This document shows, piece after piece, positions 30,459 to 38,076 of a stretch of DNA of 64,000 nt. Every line of letters begins with the position of its first letter. Position 1 is the stretch's first letter. This stretch comes from an uncultured Steroidobacteraceae bacterium. GTDB lineage: Bacteria > Pseudomonadota > Gammaproteobacteria > Steroidobacterales > Steroidobacteraceae. A model generated the notes under the pieces. It was not told where the DNA came from and made no database searches. It was given only the letters and a program-made list of their open reading frames with translations. The position numbers were made by a program, and so were the translations under genes. The stretch lies in assembly GCA_964396335.1 (NCBI GenBank), contig CAYNEX010000001.1:762-64761 (forward strand). The letters are read 5' to 3'.

Positions 30459-31162
30459 CCGCCAGCCGCGGCAAGCGGCTGGGACTGCTTGCGCTGTGTG
30501 CCATCGGCATCCTGCTGTTCGGCTCGCTGGGCGCGTGGCAGGTGCAGCGCCTGGGCTGGAAGCGCGACCTGATCGCGCGCGTTGATTCGCGCATCCACGC
30601 TGAGCCGGTTTCCCTTCCACCGCGGGCGGAATGGTCCAGGCTCGAGCCGCATGATGTCGAATACCGGCGCGTGCAGCTGCACGGCCACTTCCTCTACCAG
30701 CACGACACCCTGGTGGACGCGGTCACTGAACTGGGCGATGGCTGGTGGGTACTCACGCCGCTGGAGAGCGATGAGGGACTTGTGTGGGTGAATCGTGGCT
30801 TCGTCCCGCGGGAGCAGGGCGGTTCGATTCCGGGCACGCAGGGCAAGGGTGAGGTGCAGGTTACCGGCCTGCTTCGCCGCACCGAACCGGAGGGCCGCAT
30901 CCTGCGCCCCAATCGCCCGGAGGAAGCCCGCTGGTTCTCCCGCGACGTGCAGGCCATGGCCGCGGCGCGCGGGCTGGGCGAGGTGGCGCCGTTCTTCATC
31001 GATGCCGAAGCGCAGCCCGGCAGCAATGAATGGCCACGTGGCGGCATGACGGTGGTGACCTTCCGCAATGCCCACCTGAGTTACGCCCTGACCTGGTTCG
31101 GGCTGGCGGGCCTGTGCGCGGCGGGAGGCGTGCTGGTGCTGCGCGATTCGCCCAGCGCTTAG
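30455..31162 (+). CDS. SURF1-family assembly protein
   Basis: The GTG start at 30455 overlaps the cyoD stop (GTGA). N-terminal TM plus WQVQRLGWKRDLIARV, and a C-terminal TM (LSYALTWFGLAG), are typical of SURF1/Shy1. Confidence 0.8.
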   Translation: MTASRGKRLGLLALCAIGILLFGSLGAWQVQRLGWKRDLIARVDSRIHAEPVSLPPRAEWSRLEPHDVEYRRVQLHGHFLYQHDTLVDAVTELGDGWWVLTPLESDEGLVWVNRGFVPREQGGSIPGTQGKGEVQVTGLLRRTEPEGRILRPNRPEEARWFSRDVQAMAAARGLGEVAPFFIDAEAQPGSNEWPRGGMTVVTFRNAHLSYALTWFGLAGLCAAGGVLVLRDSPSA

Positions 31163-33219
31163 CGCGGAGCGCCAGCTGGCGCAGCTTCCACCGCAGCCGC
31201 GGCCACCGAGATCAGGTACGCCCGCAGCGCCACCGTATCCCCCTCCTTCAGGTATTCACGGAACGAAGCCATGCCCCGTTCCGCCAGCACGCCGTCGAGC
31301 ACGATGGTATCCATCAGCTGCTGGTTCTCCAGCGCCGGTGAACGCCGCAGGTCCGGGAAGGTGGAGCGCGCTGCGCCATTGCGGCCATGGCAGGTCTGGC
31401 ATTGTTCCTCGAAAACCGCGGCCCCGCGCTGGATGGTGGCCGCGTCCGCGAACTGCGGCGGCGGCGCGATCGGCCGCTGCGTGAACGGCGGCAGTTCCGG
31501 CAGCACAGTCGTGCCGCCGAGGCCGAATACCAGCAGGCGCGCGCCATTGGGCGCGTAGTAGCCGCCGGGCACCGGGCCGCCCACGGCGATCGCCACATAC
31601 TGCCTGCCATCAAGCTCGTAGCTGATCGGGCTCGCCAGCACGGCGGTCTTCGTGTCGAAGCTCCACAGCCTTTCGCCATCGGTGGCCCGATAGGCGGCGA
31701 ACTCGCGTTTCGGCAGGTTGCCGTGGAAGACCAGGTTGCCGCCGGTGGCCAGCGCGCCGGCCGTGACCTGCACGCCGCCGCTGGGATTGATGAACTCCTC
31801 GCTGCGCCACACCTCGCGCTGCTGCACCGGGTCCCAGGCCATCAGCCGGCCGGTAAAGCCGGTCGGCGTGTTCGGATTGTCGGCGAGGTATTTCTGGCGC
31901 GCTTCCAGCGGACCGGTGAGCTGCCAGTGCGTGGTGGCCGGGATGTACACCAGGCCCGTCTTCGGGCTGTATGACATCGACTGCCAGGCGTGGCCGCCCG
32001 CGGGTCCCGGGGCGAGGTTGAACACCTTGCCGGTGACATTCGGTCGCGCCTCGGGCACTTCGACGGGGCGTCCGGTCTCCAGGTCGACGCCCTTCGCCCA
32101 GTTCACGTCGGTGTAGGGCTTCGCGGCCAGCAGCTTTCCATTGGCCGGATCGAGCAGGTAGAAGAAGCCGTTCTTCGAGGCCTGCGCCACCACGCGGCGC
32201 TTCCCACCGTTGATGGGCAGTTCCATCAGGGTCAGCTGCTGGCCGGTGTCGTAGTCCCAGGTCTCCCAGGGCGTGGGCTGGTAATGCCAGCCATAGCTGC
32301 CGTCCCGGGCATGCAGCGCCACGATCGAGGTCATGAACAGGTTGTCGCCGCCGCCCGCGTCGCGGCGCATCGCATCACCCGGTGTGCCATTGCCGGTGCC
32401 GAACATGACCAGGTCGTTGACCGGGTCATAGGTGATGGCATCCCACACCGTGCCGCCACCGCCGCCGATCCACCAGCCCGGTGTCTTCCAGGTGGTCGCG
32501 GCCATTTCCATGGTGTCGTTCTCGAAGCCCTGCGCCGGATCACCGGGCACGGTCCAGAAGCGCCACAGGCGTTTGCCGGTTTCGGCGTCATAGGCATCGA
32601 TGTGGCCGCGCACGTCGAATTCGCCGCCGGCGGAGCCGATGAACACCATGCCATTGGCGACGCGCGGTGCGCCGGTGATCGAATAGCGTCGTTCATCCGG
32701 CGTGACCTTGGTGCTCCACACCTCATCGCCGGTCTTCGCATCCAGCGCAATCAGTCGGCCGTCGAGCGTGCCGAAGAGGATGCGGCCCTTCCAGGCTGCG
32801 GCACCGCGGTTGTCCACGCCGCAGCACAGGTTGATGTTCCAGGCGCCGGCCACCTTCGGGTCGTGCAGCCAGAGCTGTTCGCCGGTGCGCGCATCCACCG
32901 CCATCACCTTGCTCCATGGCAGGGTGACGTACAGCACGCCATCGATCATCAGTGGCGTGGTTTCGATGTTCTGGTTGGTGGGCAGGTCGATGTACCAGGC
33001 CAGGCCCAGTTCGCCGACATTGTTCTCGTTGATGCGGTCGAGCGGGCTGTAGTGCTGCGCATCGAAGGTGCGGTCATAGCTCAGCCATTGGCCGGGTTCC
33101 TGGTCGGCATTGAGCAGGCGCTGCATGTCCACCTGTGCCGGCGCCTTCGCCTTTTGCTGGCAGCCGCCCAGCGCGGCGGCTCCGATCACGGCAAGCAATA
33201 TCCATTTCGGCGATGCCAT
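31159..33219 (-). CDS. Quinohemoprotein PQQ-dependent alcohol dehydrogenase (type II: propeller plus C-terminal cytochrome c), lipoprotein signal
   Basis: 686 aa. Lipobox AALGGC|Q. Vicinal disulfide NLCCGVDNRGAA. Catalytic region ETWDYDTGQ. Propeller W-motifs. C-terminal haem motif CQTCHGRNGA. GGGAGA RBS. Confidence 0.9.
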   Translation of the reverse strand: MASPKWILLAVIGAAALGGCQQKAKAPAQVDMQRLLNADQEPGQWLSYDRTFDAQHYSPLDRINENNVGELGLAWYIDLPTNQNIETTPLMIDGVLYVTLPWSKVMAVDARTGEQLWLHDPKVAGAWNINLCCGVDNRGAAAWKGRILFGTLDGRLIALDAKTGDEVWSTKVTPDERRYSITGAPRVANGMVFIGSAGGEFDVRGHIDAYDAETGKRLWRFWTVPGDPAQGFENDTMEMAATTWKTPGWWIGGGGGTVWDAITYDPVNDLVMFGTGNGTPGDAMRRDAGGGDNLFMTSIVALHARDGSYGWHYQPTPWETWDYDTGQQLTLMELPINGGKRRVVAQASKNGFFYLLDPANGKLLAAKPYTDVNWAKGVDLETGRPVEVPEARPNVTGKVFNLAPGPAGGHAWQSMSYSPKTGLVYIPATTHWQLTGPLEARQKYLADNPNTPTGFTGRLMAWDPVQQREVWRSEEFINPSGGVQVTAGALATGGNLVFHGNLPKREFAAYRATDGERLWSFDTKTAVLASPISYELDGRQYVAIAVGGPVPGGYYAPNGARLLVFGLGGTTVLPELPPFTQRPIAPPPQFADAATIQRGAAVFEEQCQTCHGRNGAARSTFPDLRRSPALENQQLMDTIVLDGVLAERGMASFREYLKEGDTVALRAYLISVAAAAVEAAPAGAPR

Positions 33220-33247
33220 TCCCTGGTCTCCCGTTGGCTCATGCGAA

Positions 33248-33274
33248 GAAGCCGGAGTGTTCAGCTCCGGCTTC
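33248..33274 (-). other. Intercistronic stem-loop between the NTF2-like trio and the PQQ dehydrogenase gene
   Basis: Perfect 10-bp inverted repeat GAAGCCGGAG/CTCCGGCTTC with a 7-nt loop, inside the 64-nt gap (33220-33283). Only a weak T-run follows on the minus strand. Confidence 0.35.
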
Positions 33275-33283
33275 GTGTGTCGA

Positions 33284-34069
33284 TCAGCGGCGTGGTGGCT
33301 CCGCCAGTGGCTGCGAGCCGTCCACCATGCGGCCCACCTTCAGGGCCTCCATCTGTTCCTTCGTCCCGGGAGGCGCGGCATAGGCACCGACCTCGTCGCG
33401 ATCCGGCTTGAACACATTGCCCGTGACCGGGTTCGGGTAGTGGAATGGAATGATGTAGTAGGCCGGGTAGGTCAGGTAGATGGTGGAAGGCGGCAGGTCC
33501 GGCGGTGGATCGAACTTGTCCGGCCAGGTGTTGTTCAACGCATTGCGCCCCCAGCCTTCCCAGTTGGTGTACATCGTGAACGGACCGGTGAGCCGGCTGA
33601 TCTTCCAGACGCCGTTCTCCTTGCGGTATTCGTTCTCGTACATCGGCAGGCCCCAGCCGCCCGAGCTCATCACATAGGCGCGCGCGCGGATCCAGCCGCG
33701 GGTGCCATCGGCGGAGATGTCGGGGATCGACTGGAACTGCATGTGGTTGGCCAGCGAGTTCTCCTTCGCGCCATCCGGGCCGAAGGCGGTCTGCATGTAC
33801 TCCAGCACGCGGTGCTTGCCGAGGAACAGGCCCTTGCCGCCGATCTCCAGCGTGGCGTCGTCGCTGAACAGGTCGGCCAGCGGCGTCCACTGGCTCTTGT
33901 CGACGAAGTAGCCATAGGTGCGCTGCAGGCGCTCGATGTCGTTCATGTCCTCCAGCGTGGTGATGCGCTTGTCGAGGGCATCGAGCCGCTCGGCAGCGGA
34001 CTGCGCCAGCGCGCCGGTGGAGGTGAGGGCGGCCAGCACGGCCGCTGCGATCAGGGTTGTGCGCTTCAT
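33284..34069 (-). CDS. Secreted NTF2-like (SnoaL_4-type) protein, paralogue 3 of the trio
   Basis: 261 aa. Sec signal ...STGALAQS. LEDMNDIERLQRTYGYFVDKSQWTPLADLFSDDATLEI. YENEYRKENGVWKISRL. GWGRN. PPPDLPPST. YPNPVTG. ATGA overlap with the upstream paralogue. Confidence 0.8.
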   Translation of the reverse strand: MKRTTLIAAAVLAALTSTGALAQSAAERLDALDKRITTLEDMNDIERLQRTYGYFVDKSQWTPLADLFSDDATLEIGGKGLFLGKHRVLEYMQTAFGPDGAKENSLANHMQFQSIPDISADGTRGWIRARAYVMSSGGWGLPMYENEYRKENGVWKISRLTGPFTMYTNWEGWGRNALNNTWPDKFDPPPDLPPSTIYLTYPAYYIIPFHYPNPVTGNVFKPDRDEVGAYAAPPGTKEQMEALKVGRMVDGSQPLAEPPRR

Positions 34070-34815
34070 CGTACGGCTCCCGTGACGCTGTCCGCGGCCT
34101 GTGGCAGGCGGTCGAGCGGCTGCCCGGTGACCGGATGCGGATAGCTGAAGGGTGGAATGTAGTTGCCCGGCATGGTGCGGTAGACCACGGTGGGCGGCCG
34201 GTCCGGCGGGAAGATCGCGCTGGGGCCCTTCATCGGCAGCAGCGATCGGGCCCAGCCGCGGTCATAGTCGGTGAACGCAGTGGGATAGAAATGCAGCCGC
34301 TGGATCTTCCAGGTGTTGCCTTCCTTCACGTATTCGTTCTCGTAGATGCCCACGCCCCAGATGCCGTTCTGGCCCGGCTCGGCCAGCTGTACCGGGCCCT
34401 GGAAACGTCCCTTTGCGGTGCGGCCGTCGCTGGCAACCGTGATCACCGGCTGCAGCATCATGTGGTTGTTCAGGTAACCACGGCCGAGGTTCTCCGGTCC
34501 GAACAGCAGCATTGCGCGGCGGATGCGATCGGGACCGACATACACGCCGCTCTGGCCATATTCGAACTCGCCGTTGCGGGCGAAGAGGCTGGCGGCCTCG
34601 TTCCACAGGCCCTTGTCGAAGTAGTAGCCGAACATCGCCTGCAGGTTCTCGATGGCGTCGTGGTCCTCCAGGCGCGCAACGCGTTCACGATAGGCGGCAA
34701 GGCGCTGTGCCGGCGTGGCATTGGCGCCCGGCGACTGCGCGGCAAGGGCCGGCGCGGTGGCCAGCAGCAGGCCGGCGACGGCGGCGGCGGAAATGAACTG
34801 GAACGGGCGGGCCAT
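34066..34815 (-). CDS. Secreted NTF2-like (SnoaL_4-type) protein, paralogue 2 of the trio
   Basis: 249 aa. Signal ...ATAPALAAQS. LEDHDAIENLQAMFGYYFDKGLWNEAASLFARNGEFEY. YENEYVKEGNTWKIQRL. GWARS. PPDRPPT. YPHPVTG. Its ATG shares one base with the upstream stop (TGATG). Confidence 0.8.
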   Translation of the reverse strand: MARPFQFISAAAVAGLLLATAPALAAQSPGANATPAQRLAAYRERVARLEDHDAIENLQAMFGYYFDKGLWNEAASLFARNGEFEYGQSGVYVGPDRIRRAMLLFGPENLGRGYLNNHMMLQPVITVASDGRTAKGRFQGPVQLAEPGQNGIWGVGIYENEYVKEGNTWKIQRLHFYPTAFTDYDRGWARSLLPMKGPSAIFPPDRPPTVVYRTMPGNYIPPFSYPHPVTGQPLDRLPQAADSVTGAVR

Positions 34816-35516
34816 CAGCGGACTCCTTTCACCGGCTTGCCGGTGACCGGGTTGGGCGCCTGGAAGGGCGGCACCTGCGGATCGGGGAAGGCGGCATAGG
34901 TTTCGGTCGGCGGCCGATCCGGCGGGAAGTCCCGCGAGGTCTGGCTGGCCTTCAGGCCTTCGCCGGGCTTCAGGCGCGCCCAGCCTTTCTCATAGGGCAC
35001 CTCGAAGTTCACGTACAGGTGCAGGGACTTGATCTTCCACACCCCGTCTTCTTTCACGTAGGTGTTCTCGTAGATGCCATCGCGCCATTCGGCGTGCTTC
35101 TTGTACTGGCCCAGCATGCCGTGGTCGCGCCAGCGCGCGGTGGCGCTGCGGCCGTCGGCGGAGATGAACACCGCCGGCTGCAGCGTCACCCATTCGTTGA
35201 GCTGGCCGTAGATCAGGCCCTCCTGGTTGCCATGCAGGCGCTTCAGGTATTCGCGGATGCGCGCCTTGCCCACGTACACGCCATCAAGGCCGATCTCGAT
35301 GGTGCCGTTGTCGGCGAACAGGTCGGCCGCCTCGCCCCACAGGCCGCGGTCGACGTAATAACCGAAGGCGCGCTGCAGTTTCTTCACCGCGCGCGTGCCT
35401 TCGAGTTTCTCGACGCGCGCGGTCAGCGCGTCGATCTCCGCGTCGATGTTCTGCGCCTGCGCGTTGGCGCAGGCCAGCATCGACATGACGAGGCAGGTAC
35501 TCAGCAATCGTTTCAT
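34815..35516 (-). CDS. Secreted NTF2-like (SnoaL_4-type) protein, paralogue 1 of the trio
   Basis: The supplied ORF was trimmed to ATG 35516 (GGAGA RBS). Signal or lipobox MSMLAC|ANAQA. LEGTRAVKKLQRAFGYYVDRGLWGEAADLFADNGTIEI. YENTYVKEDGVWKIKSL. GWARL. PPDRPPT. APNPVTG (34839-34856). Confidence 0.8.
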   Translation of the reverse strand: MKRLLSTCLVMSMLACANAQAQNIDAEIDALTARVEKLEGTRAVKKLQRAFGYYVDRGLWGEAADLFADNGTIEIGLDGVYVGKARIREYLKRLHGNQEGLIYGQLNEWVTLQPAVFISADGRSATARWRDHGMLGQYKKHAEWRDGIYENTYVKEDGVWKIKSLHLYVNFEVPYEKGWARLKPGEGLKASQTSRDFPPDRPPTETYAAFPDPQVPPFQAPNPVTGKPVKGVR

Positions 35517-35548
35517 GGTTTCTCCATGCTTGCGGCCCCTGAAGGAGT

Positions 35549-36106
35549 TCATCGGCCGGTTGCTCTTCTTTCGCGGATGAACTTCATCCATTCCTCCGCG
35601 GTGGGCATCACAGGATAGTCGACGCGCCGCAGGATCTTCCATTCGCCGTGTTCGCGGACCAGCTCATCCTCATAGCGGCCGGCCAGCGCCGGAACGGGTT
35701 CGCCGCCGGGTCCGCGCATCACCAGCAGGTGCCGCGAGCGCGCCGTGGCGCGATCACCCTGCACATCGATCTGCGGATTCGAGGTGATGTGGTAACTCTC
35801 GTTGTTCACATAGTCGGCCGGCGTGGGGCCGTACAGGTCGAGCAGCATGCTGTGGATGGCCTCGCGGCCCTTGTGCACGGTGCGGCCGTTGACCCATTCA
35901 CCGTCGCGCGCGAACAGCGCGACGTAGGCTTCGTAGTCACGCGCATCCTGCGTGGCGGAGTAATCGACCAGGATGCGGCGGATGGCCAGTTCGTCCTCGA
36001 CGCGCTGCAGGCGTTCGGCCAGTCCGGCCTGCGCGGCACGGTCGGTGCACGCGGCGGTCAGGGCAGATGCCATCAGCACCAGCGCGAGCTGCACGGTCCG
36101 CTTCAT
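35549..36106 (-). CDS. NTF2-like (SnoaL_4-type) lipoprotein
   Basis: 185 aa. Lipobox ALTAAC|T. VEDELAIRRILVDYSATQDARDYEAYVALFARDGEWVNG. Terminal strand EHGEWKILRRV. Confidence 0.75.
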   Translation of the reverse strand: MKRTVQLALVLMASALTAACTDRAAQAGLAERLQRVEDELAIRRILVDYSATQDARDYEAYVALFARDGEWVNGRTVHKGREAIHSMLLDLYGPTPADYVNNESYHITSNPQIDVQGDRATARSRHLLVMRGPGGEPVPALAGRYEDELVREHGEWKILRRVDYPVMPTAEEWMKFIRERRATGR

Positions 36107-36137
36107 TCGCCCCCCTCCGTTTCCGCCAAGCCTAACG

Positions 36138-36911
36138 CTAGAAGGACTCGCCGGGGCCCAGGTAGCGCCACTTTCCCACCGGCAGGCCGCCGAGCAGCAC
36201 CCTGCCGCTGCGCACGCGCTTCAGCGCGGTGACCTTCAGGCCCACCATCTCGCACATGCGGCGGATCTGCCGCTTGCGGCCCTCGCGCAGCAGGAAGCGC
36301 AGCTGGTGCGCGTTCTGCCATTCCACCTTTGCGGGCCGCAGCTTCACGCCATCGAGAGACAACCCGTGGCGCAGGCGGCGCAGGCCGTCTTCAGCCAGCC
36401 GGCCCTCGACACGCACCAGGTATTCCTTCTCGACGCTGGAATCCTGGCCGATCAGCTGTCTGGCGACGCGGCCATCCTGGGTCAGCACGAGCAGGCCCGT
36501 GGAGTCGATGTCGAGGCGGCCGGCCGGTGCCAGGCCGTGCAGGTGACGGGATTCGAAGCGGCGCGGCGAGGAGTCGCCGTTCCAGTGGTTTTCCGGCTTG
36601 ATCAGCACGATCGCCGGTTCGTAACCATCCTCGGCCTGGCCGGAGACGTAACCGACCGGCTTGTGCAGCAGGATGGTGACCAGGTCCTGCTGCGCGTCGC
36701 GCGCGGCCTGCTCCACGGTGATCTTCGCCTGCGGCGGGACCCGCACGCCCAGTTGGTCGACCACCTGGCCGTCGACCTTCACCCAGCCTTTCACGATCCA
36801 CGCCTCGGCCTCGCGCCGCGAGCACAGGCCGAGTTCGCTCATGCGCTTGGACAGCCGCGGATTCGCCGCGCCTTCCGGGGCCGGTGCCGGCGGGGCGCGG
36901 CCGGCCATCAC
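36138..36911 (-). CDS. RsuA/RluF-family rRNA pseudouridine synthase with an S4 domain
   Basis: 257 aa. S4 motif [11 protein letters not shown]. Catalytic [28 protein letters not shown]. The start (GTG 36911 or ATG 36908) overlaps the gloA stop. Confidence 0.8.
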   Translation of the reverse strand: MMAGRAPPAPAPEGAANPRLSKRMSELGLCSRREAEAWIVKGWVKVDGQVVDQLGVRVPPQAKITVEQAARDAQQDLVTILLHKPVGYVSGQAEDGYEPAIVLIKPENHWNGDSSPRRFESRHLHGLAPAGRLDIDSTGLLVLTQDGRVARQLIGQDSSVEKEYLVRVEGRLAEDGLRRLRHGLSLDGVKLRPAKVEWQNAHQLRFLLREGRKRQIRRMCEMVGLKVTALKRVRSGRVLLGGLPVGKWRYLGPGESF

Positions 36912-37327
36912 CAGGTCCCGACGTTGGGCATTTCGTTCCAGGGTGCCTTCGGCGGCAGGGCGTCGCCCTGCTGCAGCAGCTCGATCGAGATCTGGTCCGG
37001 CGAACGCACGAAGGCCATCCTGCCGTCGCGCGGCGGACGCAGGATCTGCACGCCATGCTGCTGCAGGCGTTCGCAGGCGGCGTAGATGTCCGGCACTTCA
37101 TAGGCCAGGTGGCCGAAGTTGCGGCCGCCGGTGTATTTCTCCGGATCCCAGTTGAAGGTCAGCTCCACCTGGGCATCGTGCTGGCCGGGCGCTGCCAGGA
37201 ACACCAGCGTGTAACGGCCCTGCGGGACCTCATGCTTCTTCACCACTTCCAGTCCCAGCGCATCGCGGTAGAAGCGCAGCGATTCCTCGAGGTCAGTGAC
37301 GCGGACCATGGTGTGCAGGTATTTCAT
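36908..37327 (-). CDS. gloA: Lactoylglutathione lyase (glyoxalase I)
   Basis: 139 aa. [27 protein letters not shown] and [12 protein letters not shown] are typical of small Ni-type GloA. Confidence 0.9.
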   Translation of the reverse strand: MKYLHTMVRVTDLEESLRFYRDALGLEVVKKHEVPQGRYTLVFLAAPGQHDAQVELTFNWDPEKYTGGRNFGHLAYEVPDIYAACERLQQHGVQILRPPRDGRMAFVRSPDQISIELLQQGDALPPKAPWNEMPNVGTW

Positions 37328-37372
37328 GGAGGATCTTCGGCCGTTGGAGGGAAGGGGATTGTAAGCCGCGGC

Positions 37373-38011
37373 TCAGCGTTCTTCGGCCAGCGCGCGCTGC
37401 AGGCCGGCGCGGAAGGCGGTGGCGCCGCCCATCGAGGGGTGGCGCAGCGGCGTGGCGGCGATGCCCACATCCGCCAGCGAGGCCTCGGCATTGCGGCCGA
37501 CGGCAAAGCAGCGTACCCCGGGCAGCGCGGCCAGCAGGGCCTCGAGCACCGGCAGGCCGGCGCGGCGTTCCTGCGGAGTGGGGGTGCGGTTCGACTGTGG
37601 CACCCCGGGGCGGTGCGGGTGCCAGGGATAGGCGTTCCACAACAGCGTGTCCTCGGCCCGGTGCAGCGCATGCAGCGTGCTCCAGACCGTGGTGGCCGAG
37701 GGCTCGCTCCAGGGACGCGTGCGGGTGGAAAGCCGCTGGCCGCCGATGTCGACGCGCGGCACGGCGCCGGCCAGCAGCAGGCGTTCACTGGTGAAGGGAA
37801 TGCCACTGACATGCGCGCCCTGGTAGCCGGCGGCCTCACCCAGCAGCAGCCAGCGGGGCCTGGTGTCGAAAAAGGCGCGCAAGCGTGCCAGTCGTGCCTT
37901 CGCGGCATGGGGGATGGCGTCGGTGCCGTGGTCCTGGTCCCGCCATGGATTGAACACGGCCATGGGGGCGGGGGCGACCAGCAGGTCGAAGAATCGGTCG
38001 AGTCGGGACAC
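37373..38011 (-). CDS. Uracil-DNA glycosylase superfamily protein (family not assigned)
   Basis: 212 aa. Motif-A-like LLLGEAAGYQGAHVSGIPFTSE and motif-B-like LRHPSMGG. Confidence 0.65.
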   Translation of the reverse strand: MSRLDRFFDLLVAPAPMAVFNPWRDQDHGTDAIPHAAKARLARLRAFFDTRPRWLLLGEAAGYQGAHVSGIPFTSERLLLAGAVPRVDIGGQRLSTRTRPWSEPSATTVWSTLHALHRAEDTLLWNAYPWHPHRPGVPQSNRTPTPQERRAGLPVLEALLAALPGVRCFAVGRNAEASLADVGIAATPLRHPSMGGATAFRAGLQRALAEER

Positions 38012-38076
38012 GCGCCGCAGGATAGCGGCGCGGCCGACCGGTTGCAGCGGACTTCCGGTCTAACGGCCGCGATGCG

